Shown: piece by piece, positions 28,051 through 37,711 of the stretch
Position numbering within the stretch: the stretch's first letter is position 1
Layout: each line of letters starts with the position of its first letter
Origin: Clostridia bacterium
GTDB taxonomy: Bacteria > Bacillota > Clostridia > Christensenellales > CAG-1252
Direction of reading: 5' to 3'
Assembly (NCBI GenBank): GCA_024685775.1
Contig: JAIKVL010000038.1
Coordinates: 39,258 to 103,257 of the forward strand
Length of the DNA: 64,000 bases
The notes under the pieces: generated by a model
The model's input: only the letters and a program-made list of their open reading frames with translations
Told to the model about the DNA's origin: nothing
Database searches by the model: none
Made by a program: the position numbers and the translations under genes

Positions 28051-29469
28051 ATGAAAAGAATTCTTGCGATAATTCTATTGGTCGTTACGGCGTTCGCGCT
28101 GGTCGCGTGCAGCGGTAAGTCCGTCAAACCGACGGCGCATCTCGTAAACGATGCGTTTCCCTCCTCGGGCGGATACTATAAGCCCGCTGCCGAGCCTGCG
28201 AAAGGCACGGGGGACGGCGGTTACGCTTATAGAGAAAGCGGCGAAGGTTTCGCGGCAGACTTCGGCGAGTACGGGGAAGGCGGACTCCCCGCTTCGGAGA
28301 ATAAAAATCAGATCCGCGCGGGGCAACTGACCGCGAAGGCGCAAAACGATAACGATGCGTACGAGGATTGGAAAGACCTGTTCGCGCCTTTTACCCAAAA
28401 CCAAAAGGAAGGACAATTCCATCGCTATTGGGGCGAGGGTGACGATATTTGGATCTGCAATACCGTGAAACGTGTAAAAGTAACCGTTAAAAACGGTGAG
28501 ATTCCCGCAGTCGGCGCGACCGTTACCTATACCGATTCAAATCAAGTCGAATGGATCTCGAAGACGGATCTCGGCGGCGTGGCGTATCTTTTCCCGACGG
28601 CGGACGAAGGCGCGCTTGCGGTCGCTTCGGGCGAGACGAAAAAGAGCGTGAACTTCACTGCGGAGAATCGCGATCTTTCGGTCGATCTCTCGGCAAACGA
28701 AGAAAAAGCGAATCTCGTTAAACTGATGTTCGTGATCGACGCGACGGGGTCAATGGGCGACGAAATGGATTATCTCGCCGCCGAACTCTCGGACGTTATC
28801 CATCGCGTGGCGGCGCAGGCGAACGGGGTGAAGATCGATCTCGCGCTCCTCTTTTATCGCGACGACGGCGACCAAGAGAAATTCGCCTATTCGGATTTCG
28901 AGACGGTTTCCGAAGAAGAAGGACTCAAAAAACAGCTGAAAGTTCTGGATGCTCAATCCGCTACGGGCGGCGGCGACACGCCCGAAGCGGTGGACGAAGC
29001 GCTCGTCCTCGCCGCGGAAAAGAATTGGGGAGAGGAGAATTCCACGAAATTGATGTTCTTGGTCCTCGACGCGCCCTCTCACCGTTTGCTTGAAAATCGC
29101 AACCGCACGTCGAGCGCGGTGAAAACCGCCGCGGCGAAGGGGATCCGCATTTGCCCCGTGCTTTGCAGCGGCGCGGATCTCTTCTGCGAATACGTAACGA
29201 GGACGGCGGCGATCCTGACGGGCGGCACTTCGATTTTCATCACCGACGATTCGGGAATCGGCGGTTCCCATCTCGATCCCGAACTGCCGGACGTTACGGT
29301 GGAAAAACTGAACGATCTTCTCGTTCGCCTGATCGTAGGATATCACACGGGCGATTTCGGAGAGGCGAAGGCTTGGAACAAGGGCGAAGAACAAACGCAA
29401 TTTCCGGAAGGCGAAGCCGATCCCGAGACCTCGGGCGATCCTGCGTCTCCCGTGCCGACGGAAGAGTGA
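28051..29469 (+). CDS. lipoprotein with carboxypeptidase-regulatory-like beta-sandwich and von Willebrand factor A domain
   Basis: Lipobox FALVAC|SG. VKVTVKNGEIPAVGATVTYTD..GGVAYLF is beta-sandwich-like. MIDAS-type motif MFVIDATGSMGDE. Acidic, Pro-rich C-terminus. Confidence 0.8.
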   Translation: MKRILAIILLVVTAFALVACSGKSVKPTAHLVNDAFPSSGGYYKPAAEPAKGTGDGGYAYRESGEGFAADFGEYGEGGLPASENKNQIRAGQLTAKAQNDNDAYEDWKDLFAPFTQNQKEGQFHRYWGEGDDIWICNTVKRVKVTVKNGEIPAVGATVTYTDSNQVEWISKTDLGGVAYLFPTADEGALAVASGETKKSVNFTAENRDLSVDLSANEEKANLVKLMFVIDATGSMGDEMDYLAAELSDVIHRVAAQANGVKIDLALLFYRDDGDQEKFAYSDFETVSEEEGLKKQLKVLDAQSATGGGDTPEAVDEALVLAAEKNWGEENSTKLMFLVLDAPSHRLLENRNRTSSAVKTAAAKGIRICPVLCSGADLFCEYVTRTAAILTGGTSIFITDDSGIGGSHLDPELPDVTVEKLNDLLVRLIVGYHTGDFGEAKAWNKGEEQTQFPEGEADPETSGDPASPVPTEE

Positions 29470-29505
29470 TCGAAACGCTCGGAGGGATAATAAATCGAAA
29501 AACGG

Positions 29506-29533
29506 AAAAGGTCGGCAGTCGCCGACCTTTTTT
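29506..29533 (+). terminator. rho-independent terminator after vWA gene
   Basis: AAAAGGTCGGC AGTC GCCGACCTTTTTT. Confidence 0.85.
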
Positions 29534-29569
29534 CGTAAAAACAAAAAGAGAGTGGGGCTTCTTTCCGCG

Positions 29570-29599
29570 TTGACAAATCGCGCCGAGGGGGAGTATACT
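29570..29599 (+). promoter_or_regulatory. sigma-A type promoter of fumC
   Basis: TTGACA (29570-29575), 18-nt spacer, TATACT (29594-29599). Confidence 0.55.
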
Positions 29600-29643
29600 T
29601 TTTTATGAAAAACCGCCGACCGCGCGGCTCAGGGGAGGAAGCT

Positions 29644-31008
29644 ATGGAGTACAGAACCGAACGGGACAGTATGGGCGAAATTAAGGTGCCCGCCGATCGC
29701 TATTGGGGCGCGCAGACTCAGCGCAGCTACGAGAACTTCCGAATCGGAGAAGAAAAGATGCCGAAAGGAATCCTTCGCGCGTTCGCCGTCGTCAAAAAGG
29801 CTTGCGCGCTGACGAATTATTCGCTCGGACTTTTGGATGAAAAACGCGCGACCTTGATCTCTTCCGTTTGCGACGAGATCCTCGCGGGCAAGCTCGAAGG
29901 TCATTTTCCTCTCGCCGTTTGGCAGACGGGCAGCGGCACGCAAAGCAATATGAATTTTAACGAAGTCATCGCGAATCGCGGAAACGAGATCGCAGGGGAA
30001 AAGCTCCTTCATCCGAACGATCACGTCAACCGTTCGCAAAGCTCCAACGATACTTTCCCGACCGCGCTGCATATCGCCGCGGTCGTCGCGCTCAAAGAAA
30101 AGCTCTGCCCCGCCCTCGAAGAAATGATCGCCGATTTCAATCGTCTCGAAAAGGAGAACGAAGGCGTCGTCACCGTCGGGCGCACGCACTTGCAGGACGC
30201 CGTCCCCATCGCGTTTTCTCAGGAGATCAGCGGATGGCGGGCGATGGTCGAGCGTTCGCTTTTTATGATCCGAAACGCTTCGGACGGACTTCTCGATCTC
30301 GCGCTCGGCGGCACCGCCGTCGGAACGGGACTGAATTGCCCCGCGGGATTCGCGGAAAAGGTCGCGGAAGAAGTCGCAAAGGAAACGGGCGAACCCTTCC
30401 GTACGGCGCCGAATAAATTCCACGCGCTTTCCTCGAAAGATGATATCGCGTTCGCGCACGGCGCTCTGCGCGCTCTCGCCGCCGATTTGATGAAGATCGC
30501 GAACGATATTCGCTGGCTTTCTTCGGGCCCCCGCTGCGGACTCGGCGAGATCCGTATTCCCGAGAACGAGCCCGGCTCGTCCATTATGCCCGGGAAGGTG
30601 AATCCGACCCAATGCGAAGCGCTGACGATGGTCTCCGCCGAAGTCATGGGGAACGACGTTACGATCGGAATCGCGGCGTCGCAGGGAAATTTTCAGTTAA
30701 ACGTCTATATGCCCGTGATCGCCTATAACTTTTTGCAATCGGTCGGGCTTCTCGCGGACGCGGTCCGCTCCTTTACGGCGCATTGCCTTTCGGGCTTGAC
30801 CGCCGATCGGAAAAAAATGAAGGAAAACTTGGATCGGACGCTGATGTCCGTTACGGCGCTATCGCCGCATATCGGCTACGATAACGCCGCGAAGATCGCG
30901 AAAGCCGCGCATAAGAACGGGACGTCGCTTCGCGAAGAAGCGATCGCGCTGGGATTTATGACGGGCGAAGAATTCGACCGTCTCGTAAAGCCCGAAGAAA
31001 TGATTTGA
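29644..31008 (+). CDS. fumC: class II fumarate hydratase
   Basis: 454 aa from ATG 29644 (MEYRTERDSMGEIKVPADRYWGAQTQRS). Contains GSGTQSNMNFNEVIANR and the fumarate-lyase signature GSSIMPGKVNPTQCEA. Confidence 0.9.
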   Translation: MEYRTERDSMGEIKVPADRYWGAQTQRSYENFRIGEEKMPKGILRAFAVVKKACALTNYSLGLLDEKRATLISSVCDEILAGKLEGHFPLAVWQTGSGTQSNMNFNEVIANRGNEIAGEKLLHPNDHVNRSQSSNDTFPTALHIAAVVALKEKLCPALEEMIADFNRLEKENEGVVTVGRTHLQDAVPIAFSQEISGWRAMVERSLFMIRNASDGLLDLALGGTAVGTGLNCPAGFAEKVAEEVAKETGEPFRTAPNKFHALSSKDDIAFAHGALRALAADLMKIANDIRWLSSGPRCGLGEIRIPENEPGSSIMPGKVNPTQCEALTMVSAEVMGNDVTIGIAASQGNFQLNVYMPVIAYNFLQSVGLLADAVRSFTAHCLSGLTADRKKMKENLDRTLMSVTALSPHIGYDNAAKIAKAAHKNGTSLREEAIALGFMTGEEFDRLVKPEEMI

Positions 31009-31069
31009 TAAAATCGGAAAATCGAAAAAGAAAAGGAAAGGGCGCGGAAGCGCGCTCGCGGTGTGAAAA

Positions 31070-32248
31070 ATGAACTATGCGGAAGAATCCTTAAAGAAGC
31101 ATTACGAATGGAAGGGAAAGCTCGAAACGGTCCCGAAGATGAAGATCGAGAATCGCGACGACCTCTCTTTGGCATACACGCCCGGCGTCGCCCAAGCGTG
31201 TTTGGAGATCAAAGACGATCCCGAAAAATCCTATCTTTTGACCGGGCGCGGAAACCTCGTCGCCGTCGTGACGGACGGGACGGCGGTCCTCGGACTCGGA
31301 AATATCGGACCCGAAGCGGGTATGCCCGTTATGGAAGGGAAGTGCGTCCTGTTCAAGGCGTTCGGCGGCGTGGACGCGATCCCGCTTTGCATTCGCAGTA
31401 AGGACGTCGACGAAATCGTAAACACCGTGGCGCTCCTCGCGGGAAGTTTCGGCGGGATCAACCTCGAAGATATCGCCGCGCCGCGCTGCTTCGAGATCGA
31501 AAGAAAGCTCAAAGAGCGCTGCGACATCCCCGTCTTTCACGACGACCAACACGGCACCGCCGTCGTCGTCCTCGCCGCGGTTCTGAACGCGTTGAAGGCG
31601 GTCGGAAAGGAGATCGGGAAGATCAAAGCGGTCATAAACGGCGCGGGCTCCGCCGGGATCGCGATCGCGAAACTCCTCTTGTCCCGCGGTTTGAAAAATT
31701 TGACGATGTGCGATAAAAACGGCGTGATCGCGGAAGGACTCGATTGGCTGAATCCCGCGCAATCGGAAATGGCGAAGGTCACGAACCGCGAACGCGTTAC
31801 GGGAAAACTCGCGGACGTTCTCGCGGGCGCGGATCTCTTTATCGGCGTTTCGGCGGGAAACCTCGTTTCGCCCGAAATGGTGAAGAGCATGGCGAAAGAC
31901 GCGATCCTTTTCCCGATGGCGAATCCGACCCCCGAGATTATGCCCGACCTCGCGCTCGCTTCGGGCGCCGCCGTTGTCGGAACGGGCAGGAGCGATTTCC
32001 CGAATCAGATCAATAACGTTTTGGCGTTCCCCGGGATCTTCCGCGGCGCGCTCGACGTCCGCGCGAAAGAGATCAACGAAGCGATGAAACTCGCCGCGTC
32101 GGAAGCGCTCGCGAATCTCGTCTCGCCCGAAGAACTCAAAAAGGACTATATCCTGCCGCGCGCCTTCGATCCGCGCGTCGGTCCCGCCGTCGCGAAAGCC
32201 GTCGCGAAAGCCGCGAGAGAAAGCGGCGTCGCGCGCGTGAAAGAATAA
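31070..32248 (+). CDS. NAD(P)-dependent malic enzyme (short form)
   Basis: 392 aa. Motifs LSLAYTPGVA, FHDDQHGTA, and the Rossmann motif NGAGSAGIAIAKLL. Confidence 0.9.
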   Translation: MNYAEESLKKHYEWKGKLETVPKMKIENRDDLSLAYTPGVAQACLEIKDDPEKSYLLTGRGNLVAVVTDGTAVLGLGNIGPEAGMPVMEGKCVLFKAFGGVDAIPLCIRSKDVDEIVNTVALLAGSFGGINLEDIAAPRCFEIERKLKERCDIPVFHDDQHGTAVVVLAAVLNALKAVGKEIGKIKAVINGAGSAGIAIAKLLLSRGLKNLTMCDKNGVIAEGLDWLNPAQSEMAKVTNRERVTGKLADVLAGADLFIGVSAGNLVSPEMVKSMAKDAILFPMANPTPEIMPDLALASGAAVVGTGRSDFPNQINNVLAFPGIFRGALDVRAKEINEAMKLAASEALANLVSPEELKKDYILPRAFDPRVGPAVAKAVAKAARESGVARVKE

Positions 32249-32261
32249 ATGTTTTACGGAT

Positions 32262-32299
32262 CCGCGTTTCGCAATCGCGAAGCTCTGCGCGTTTTTTTT
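32262..32299 (+). terminator. probable terminator after malic enzyme gene
   Basis: Imperfect hairpin (CGCG/TTCGC..GCGAA/CGCG) followed by T8. Confidence 0.5.
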
Positions 32300-32381
32300 C
32301 GGGGAAGAGCGATTTTTCGCAAAGCTTCGCTGCGATTTATTATCTTGCGTTTCGGAGGTTTTACGGGAATGGCGATGAAAT

Positions 32382-32410
32382 AAAAAAAACGGCGAATTCT
32401 TTCGCCGTTT
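32382..32410 (-). terminator. rho-independent terminator of the esterase gene (minus strand)
   Basis: On the minus strand: AAACGGCGAA AGAA TTCGCCGTTTTTTTT. Confidence 0.8.
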
Positions 32411-32432
32411 CCCGTCAAGAGCGTTATTATCT

Positions 32433-33353
32433 TTATTCGCCGAAAACGCCCGTAATGAAATCGATCATTTTTTTTCGCGCGGCGCGCGCGACTTTGTTGT
32501 TCAAATTGATCGAAAACGCGTGATTATCCAAAAAATGCGTGCTGTGATATTCTTCGTAAGGAACGCTGTTCTTTTCGAGCTTTTCGATAAATTCTTCCGC
32601 TTGTCCCCAAGCGAAAAAGTCCATCTTCGAATAGATCAAAAGGGATTTCGGGAAGGCGGGGGAGACGTGATCGACGGGGCAGGCGAATGGCATATATTCC
32701 CAAGTCAGCGCCTCTTTGGGTTTCAGATTCGTGATATCCTTGCAGACGCCCCTCGTAAAGCCCAAAGGAACGGGGTGCTTGATCGAGCGGACGAGATCGA
32801 AGATCGCGCAGTTGAAAAGCCCTGCGGTAAAGGTGTGTCGCATTTCGCCGTAGATCTTCTGCAATTCGTCGCTTCCTTGGATCGCGGCGAGCATCGCGGC
32901 GTAATACGCGCCCGAGCTGTCGCCCATAACGATGGTTTTGGAGAGGTCGAGACCGAACGCTTCAGCGTTGTCTTCGAGCCAATTCGCCATTCTGACGAGG
33001 CATTTTAAGGGGATCGGACCGGGATTTTCGGGGCCGAGCGGGTGATTGACGTTCAGAATCGCGCAGTTCGTCGCGTTCGCGATCCGCGCGCAGTAATAAT
33101 CGCGGAAACGCTTGTCGCCTGCGGAAAAGCCGCCGCCGTGAATGTAGAAAATGACGGGGACCTTTTCTCCGCTCGCGCGGGGCTTGATCAAAAGATCCAT
33201 TTTGCAGTCCGAGAATTCTTCCGAAGGAGAAAGATCGCGCGTCACGTTGAGCGAAGAAAGGGCTTCCGCCGTCTTTTTCGGCGGATTCTGCGATTTATAA
33301 AAGATTTTGTCCACGAGTCGGAAGATTCGCTTCGTAAAAGTGCTTTTTACCAT
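32433..33353 (-). CDS. alpha/beta hydrolase, hormone-sensitive-lipase-like esterase
   Basis: 306 aa. Oxyanion motif IHGGGFSAGD and nucleophile elbow GDSSGAYYA. Confidence 0.8.
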   Translation of the reverse strand: MVKSTFTKRIFRLVDKIFYKSQNPPKKTAEALSSLNVTRDLSPSEEFSDCKMDLLIKPRASGEKVPVIFYIHGGGFSAGDKRFRDYYCARIANATNCAILNVNHPLGPENPGPIPLKCLVRMANWLEDNAEAFGLDLSKTIVMGDSSGAYYAAMLAAIQGSDELQKIYGEMRHTFTAGLFNCAIFDLVRSIKHPVPLGFTRGVCKDITNLKPKEALTWEYMPFACPVDHVSPAFPKSLLIYSKMDFFAWGQAEEFIEKLEKNSVPYEEYHSTHFLDNHAFSINLNNKVARAARKKMIDFITGVFGE

Positions 33354-33502
33354 TTCTCTCCTGCGCTTTCCGTTTTGCTTTTCGGCGCGGTTTTTCGATT
33401 TTGTAAAAATATTATAACATATAAGATCGGAAATTCAAAATAAAAAACGCCAATCCGATTTTTCGTTTCGAAAACGTCTTGCGTTACTTTACAAAACGCG
33501 CG

Positions 33503-33943
33503 TTATGCTCTCGAAGCGGCGTCGATTCGCTCCGACAATTTTTCGAAAAGCTCCTGCGTCTTCGCTTTGGTTTTTTGATTGAAGACGATCGCGGAACCGT
33601 CCTTTTTTACGCAAACGATATAGTTTTTGTCGTTTTCGGTGTAGGTCAGCCGATAATGGGAACCGAGTTCGTCGTTTCGGTAGACGCCGAATTCCTTTGC
33701 CTGTCCGCCGTGTCCGCGCTTGGTTTTGGATTTATACTCTTCCGAAAGGGCGATGCTTCGGACGTCCGCATAAGCGATCGTCTCTTCGTGAAACAGACAT
33801 TGGATCGAAAAATCGCTCTCGTCGAGAGATACCTTGATCGGCGCTGCGACGAGCGTGATTGCGTAGGCGAGACCCGCCGCCACGGCGATCGATAAAACGC
33901 CGAGAACCCAAGCGATAACGGTTTCTTTATGCGGCTTTTTCAT
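33503..33943 (-). CDS. hypothetical membrane-anchored protein (possible bacterial PH-like domain)
   Basis: 146 aa with one N-terminal TM helix. Separated by 1 nt from the upstream small ORF, in the same operon as rlmH. Confidence 0.5.
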   Translation of the reverse strand: MKKPHKETVIAWVLGVLSIAVAAGLAYAITLVAAPIKVSLDESDFSIQCLFHEETIAYADVRSIALSEEYKSKTKRGHGGQAKEFGVYRNDELGSHYRLTYTENDKNYIVCVKKDGSAIVFNQKTKAKTQELFEKLSERIDAASRA

Positions 33944-33944
33944 T

Positions 33945-34130
33945 TCACCACCAATCTTTTTCTTTGAATTTGATGTCGTCGTAATACTCGCCGTACTTTT
34001 CTTTGAACGCTTTCGGATCTTTATCCCCGTATTCTTTCAGGAGATCGGAGAGTTCGTAATCCTCGTAACGGATTGCGTCCTCGTCCTGATATTCGGCAAG
34101 TTTCATAAGTTCTCTTTCGGTCATACGCAC
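33945..34130 (-). CDS. small acidic hypothetical protein
   Basis: 61 aa. Packed 2 nt after rlmH and 1 nt before the next gene. Support comes from operon packing only. Confidence 0.4.
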   Translation of the reverse strand: MRMTERELMKLAEYQDEDAIRYEDYELSDLLKEYGDKDPKAFKEKYGEYYDDIKFKEKDWW

Positions 34131-34132
34131 CT

Positions 34133-34594
34133 CTATTTGTGATAAGAAACGCCGTGAAGAATGGTTTCCGCGCGGTAAATCTGTTCGAGAAGGACGACGC
34201 GAAACAGGCGGTGGGGCAGCGTCACGTCGCCGAAAGAAACGATTTCTTTCGCCGCGGCTTTTACTCCTTCCGACACGCCGTTGCTTCCGCCGATCACAAA
34301 AGTGAGTTCTCCGTTACCCGCGAGGACGGCTCGGTCGATCAGTTCCGCGAACGATTCGCTCGAAACTTTTTTTCCCTTAACGTCCAAAAGAACGAGGAAT
34401 CCTTTCACCCTTTTTAAGATCTCTTCCCCTTCCGCGATCCTCTTTTTTTCGGGATCGGTCAGATAGGAAGCCTCTTTGACTTCCTCGATCTCCGTTTTCG
34501 CCCATTTGCCGAGGCGTTTGACGTACTCCCCCGCGGCTTCGCGGTAATAGGTCTCTTTCATATCGCCCACGGCGACGACTTTGATTTTCAGCAT
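34133..34594 (-). CDS. rlmH: 23S rRNA (pseudouridine1915-N3)-methyltransferase RlmH
   Basis: 153 aa SPOUT protein. MLKIKVVAVGDMKETYYREAAGEYVKRL..TFVIGGSNGV..LPHRLFRVVLLEQIYRA. Confidence 0.9.
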   Translation of the reverse strand: MLKIKVVAVGDMKETYYREAAGEYVKRLGKWAKTEIEEVKEASYLTDPEKKRIAEGEEILKRVKGFLVLLDVKGKKVSSESFAELIDRAVLAGNGELTFVIGGSNGVSEGVKAAAKEIVSFGDVTLPHRLFRVVLLEQIYRAETILHGVSYHK

Positions 34595-34720
34595 ATAAAA
34601 AGTATACCTTTTTTCTCGATCAAACGCAACCGATTCGCGCGAAAATCCGACGCGCTTCGAACGGCGTAAATCTCATTATAGTTTATACATAATTTTATAG
34701 AAATTATTCGCCGAATTGAT

Positions 34721-34750
34721 TTTACAAACGCGTGGGCGCGGGTTTATAAT
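34721..34750 (+). promoter_or_regulatory. sigma-A type promoter of the symporter/arylpyruvate cluster
   Basis: TTTACA (34721-34726), 18-nt spacer, TATAAT (34745-34750). Confidence 0.5.
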
Positions 34751-34822
34751 TATTAAGTCGTTTCCGCCGCTCGGTTTCGGGGGGAAAACGCGGCAAATTC
34801 AGGTAAAACAGAGGAAAGAAAA

Positions 34823-36376
34823 ATGTTTGGAATCGATATAGCCGTCATCGTGCTTTATCTCATCGGAATGATCGTGATCGCCGTCTATACGCGCAACAAA
34901 GCGAAGACGGTGAAAGACTACCTCCTCGCGGGCAATAAAGGGCTCAACGGATGGATGAGCGCCTTTGCTTACGGGACGACGTACTTCTCCGCGGTCATCT
35001 TTATCGGTTATGCGGGCAAGTTCGGCTTCGGTTTCGGTCTCGCCGCGGTTTGGATCGGCATCGGAAACGCTATCGTCGGCGCCTTCCTTGCTTGGAAAGT
35101 TCTCGCTCGCAAGACGAAGAATATGACCGTCCGTTTGGATGCGAAGACGATGCCCGACTTTTTCTACAAGAGATACGGCAGCGAAAAAATGAAGCTCGTG
35201 TCCGCGATTGTGATCTTTATCTTCCTGATCCCGTATGCGGCTTCCGTCTATAACGGTCTCGGAAATTTGTTCTCGATCGTTTTCGGCGTGAAAGGCTGGA
35301 TCGTGATGCTCGTTCTCGCCGCCGTTACCGCTTTTTACCTCTTCCTCGGAGGATATATCGCGACTTCTTTGACGGATTTCATTCAGGGGATCATCATGTT
35401 CGTCGGCGTGACGGTCATGCTGTTCTTCTTCCTCGCCGCGCCGCAGGTCAATTGGGGCGAAGGGCTGAAAACCCTGACCGATAATCAAATGGGTCTGTTT
35501 ATGGGCGGAACCTCGGCGGGCAAGTTCATTTACGGCAAAGAGATGAGTTTGATCTTCTTGATCCTCTTGACTTCTTTCGGCGTTTGGGCGCTCCCGCAGA
35601 CGATCCATAAGTACTATACCGTCCGCGACAAAAAAGCCATTTCGCAGGGGACGATCGTCAGCACGGTCTTCGCTCTCGTCATCGGGTTCGGCGCGTACTT
35701 CATCGGCGGTCTCGCCAAACTCTTTTACGAAACCGCGCCCGGCGGAAACACCGACAACGTGATCCCGCATATGATCAAGGATACTCTCCCGAACGGGCTT
35801 TTGGGCTTGATCGCCGTCCTCGTCCTCGCGGCTTCGATGTCCACGCTGGCTTCCGTCTCGCTTGCGTCTTCGTCCGTCGTTACGATCGATATTTACAAGG
35901 GCAGCATTCAAAAGGACGCTTCGGATAAAAAAGTCACGATGATGATGCGCGTTTTGTCCCTCGTCTTCGTCGTCATCGCGACGGTGATCGCCTATTTGAA
36001 CACCAAATTCAACATCACCGCCATCGCTTATATGATGGGTCTGAGCTGGGGAACGCTCGCGGGCTGCTTCATCGGACCGTACGTCCTCGGCGTCGTCTGG
36101 AAAAAGACGACGAAAACCGCCGCTTGGACTTCGATCGTCGGCTCTCTCGTCCTGACGGTCGCTTTGATTATCATCGTCGGCTACGATAAGCTGAATTGGA
36201 ACGCGTCTTTCGGGAAAGCCGTGCAGGCGGGCGTCGGCGCGTCGCCGATGATCGGCGTCATTTGTATGGCGTATTCGATGCTCTCGACTTTCATCGTCAG
36301 TTTGTTTACCAAACCGCTTCCCGAAGAAAAGATCGCGGAAGCCTTCGAAAAGCCGATCGAAAACGAAATTCAATAA
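34823..36376 (+). CDS. sodium:solute symporter family transporter
   Basis: 517 aa, ~13 TM helices. SSS-type N-terminus DYLLAGNKGLNGWMSAFAYGTTYFSAVIFIGYAG. Confidence 0.85.
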   Translation: MFGIDIAVIVLYLIGMIVIAVYTRNKAKTVKDYLLAGNKGLNGWMSAFAYGTTYFSAVIFIGYAGKFGFGFGLAAVWIGIGNAIVGAFLAWKVLARKTKNMTVRLDAKTMPDFFYKRYGSEKMKLVSAIVIFIFLIPYAASVYNGLGNLFSIVFGVKGWIVMLVLAAVTAFYLFLGGYIATSLTDFIQGIIMFVGVTVMLFFFLAAPQVNWGEGLKTLTDNQMGLFMGGTSAGKFIYGKEMSLIFLILLTSFGVWALPQTIHKYYTVRDKKAISQGTIVSTVFALVIGFGAYFIGGLAKLFYETAPGGNTDNVIPHMIKDTLPNGLLGLIAVLVLAASMSTLASVSLASSSVVTIDIYKGSIQKDASDKKVTMMMRVLSLVFVVIATVIAYLNTKFNITAIAYMMGLSWGTLAGCFIGPYVLGVVWKKTTKTAAWTSIVGSLVLTVALIIIVGYDKLNWNASFGKAVQAGVGASPMIGVICMAYSMLSTFIVSLFTKPLPEEKIAEAFEKPIENEIQ

Positions 36377-36403
36377 AACAGTATACAGGAAAGGAGAAAG
36401 AAA

Positions 36404-37708
36404 ATGATTTGGTCTGAAATGGAAACGCTTCCGAGAAGCGAGATAGAAAAGATTCAGCTCGAACGCTTGCAGGAGACGGTCAAACGCGTCTACGAAAAGG
36501 TGCTTCCGTACCGTAAGAAGATGGACGAAGCGGGCGTAAAACCCGAGGACATCAAGTCCTTGAAGGATCTCGCGCGCCTTCCCTTTACGACGAAAGCCGA
36601 CCTGCGCGACAATTATCCGTTCGGTCTGTTCGCCGTTCCGAAAAAGGATCTCGTCCGCGTCCACGCGTCTTCGGGGACGACGGGTAAACCCACCGTCGTC
36701 GGATACACGAAGAACGATCTCGCGACTTGGACGGAATGCGTGTCGCGTATCGCCGCGATGGGCGGAGCCACGGCGGACGATATGGCGCAGATTTGCTTCG
36801 GTTACGGAATGTTTACCGGCGCGCTCGGACTGCATTACGGCTTGGAGAATATCGGCGCGACGATCGTCCCGTCTTCGACCGGAAACAGCGAAAAGCAGAT
36901 CATGTATATGAAAGACTTCGAAACGACCCTTTTGGTCGCGACTCCGTCCTACGCGCTTCGCCTCGCCGAAGTCGCCGCGGAAATGGGCGTGGATATCAAA
37001 AAGGATCTCAAAGTCCGTATTGCGCTCGTCGGCAGCGAACTTTTGACCGACGCGATGCGCGAAGAAATGCATAAGGTTTGGGGCGACGATTGCTTGGTCA
37101 CCAGCAATTACGGAATGAGCGAACTGATGGGCCCCGGCGTTTCGGGCGAATGCGAAGAACTTGCCGGAATGCATATCAACGAGGATTTCTTTATCCCCGA
37201 GATCATCGACAGCGTGACGGGCGAAGTCCTGCCCGCGGGATCGAAGGGCGAACTCGTCGTCACCTGCATCAAGAAAGAAGCGCTTCCCTTGATCCGTTAC
37301 CGCACGAAGGACGTGACCCGTTTGATCTACGAGCCCTGCAAGTGCGGCCGCACGACTTGCCGCATGGAAAACCTCGACGGCAGGACGGACGATATGCTCA
37401 AAATCCGCGGCGTGAACGTCTTCCCGTCGCAGATCGAAGAGGTCCTGCTCCACACCGAGAATATCGGACCGCACTATGAGATCGTCGTCACGAGGGAAGG
37501 GCATTCGGATAAACTCGAAATCCGCGTCGAACTCAAAAAGGCGACGGATAATTTCGCGGAGCTCAAAGAAATCGAAAACAAAATCAAATCGAAATTACGC
37601 GTCGTTTTGGGATTGGACGCAAAGATCAGTCTCGAATCGCCGAACACCCTTCGCCGTTTCGAAGGCAAGGCGGCGAGGGTCAAAGATCTGCGTAATTTAA
37701 GGGGGTAA
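36404..37708 (+). CDS. paaK: phenylacetate-CoA ligase family protein (copy 1)
   Basis: 434 aa. PaaK-type N-terminus ([48 protein letters not shown]). AMP-binding motif [11 protein letters not shown]. Confidence 0.85.
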   Translation: MIWSEMETLPRSEIEKIQLERLQETVKRVYEKVLPYRKKMDEAGVKPEDIKSLKDLARLPFTTKADLRDNYPFGLFAVPKKDLVRVHASSGTTGKPTVVGYTKNDLATWTECVSRIAAMGGATADDMAQICFGYGMFTGALGLHYGLENIGATIVPSSTGNSEKQIMYMKDFETTLLVATPSYALRLAEVAAEMGVDIKKDLKVRIALVGSELLTDAMREEMHKVWGDDCLVTSNYGMSELMGPGVSGECEELAGMHINEDFFIPEIIDSVTGEVLPAGSKGELVVTCIKKEALPLIRYRTKDVTRLIYEPCKCGRTTCRMENLDGRTDDMLKIRGVNVFPSQIEEVLLHTENIGPHYEIVVTREGHSDKLEIRVELKKATDNFAELKEIENKIKSKLRVVLGLDAKISLESPNTLRRFEGKAARVKDLRNLRG

Positions 37709-37711
37709 CGT

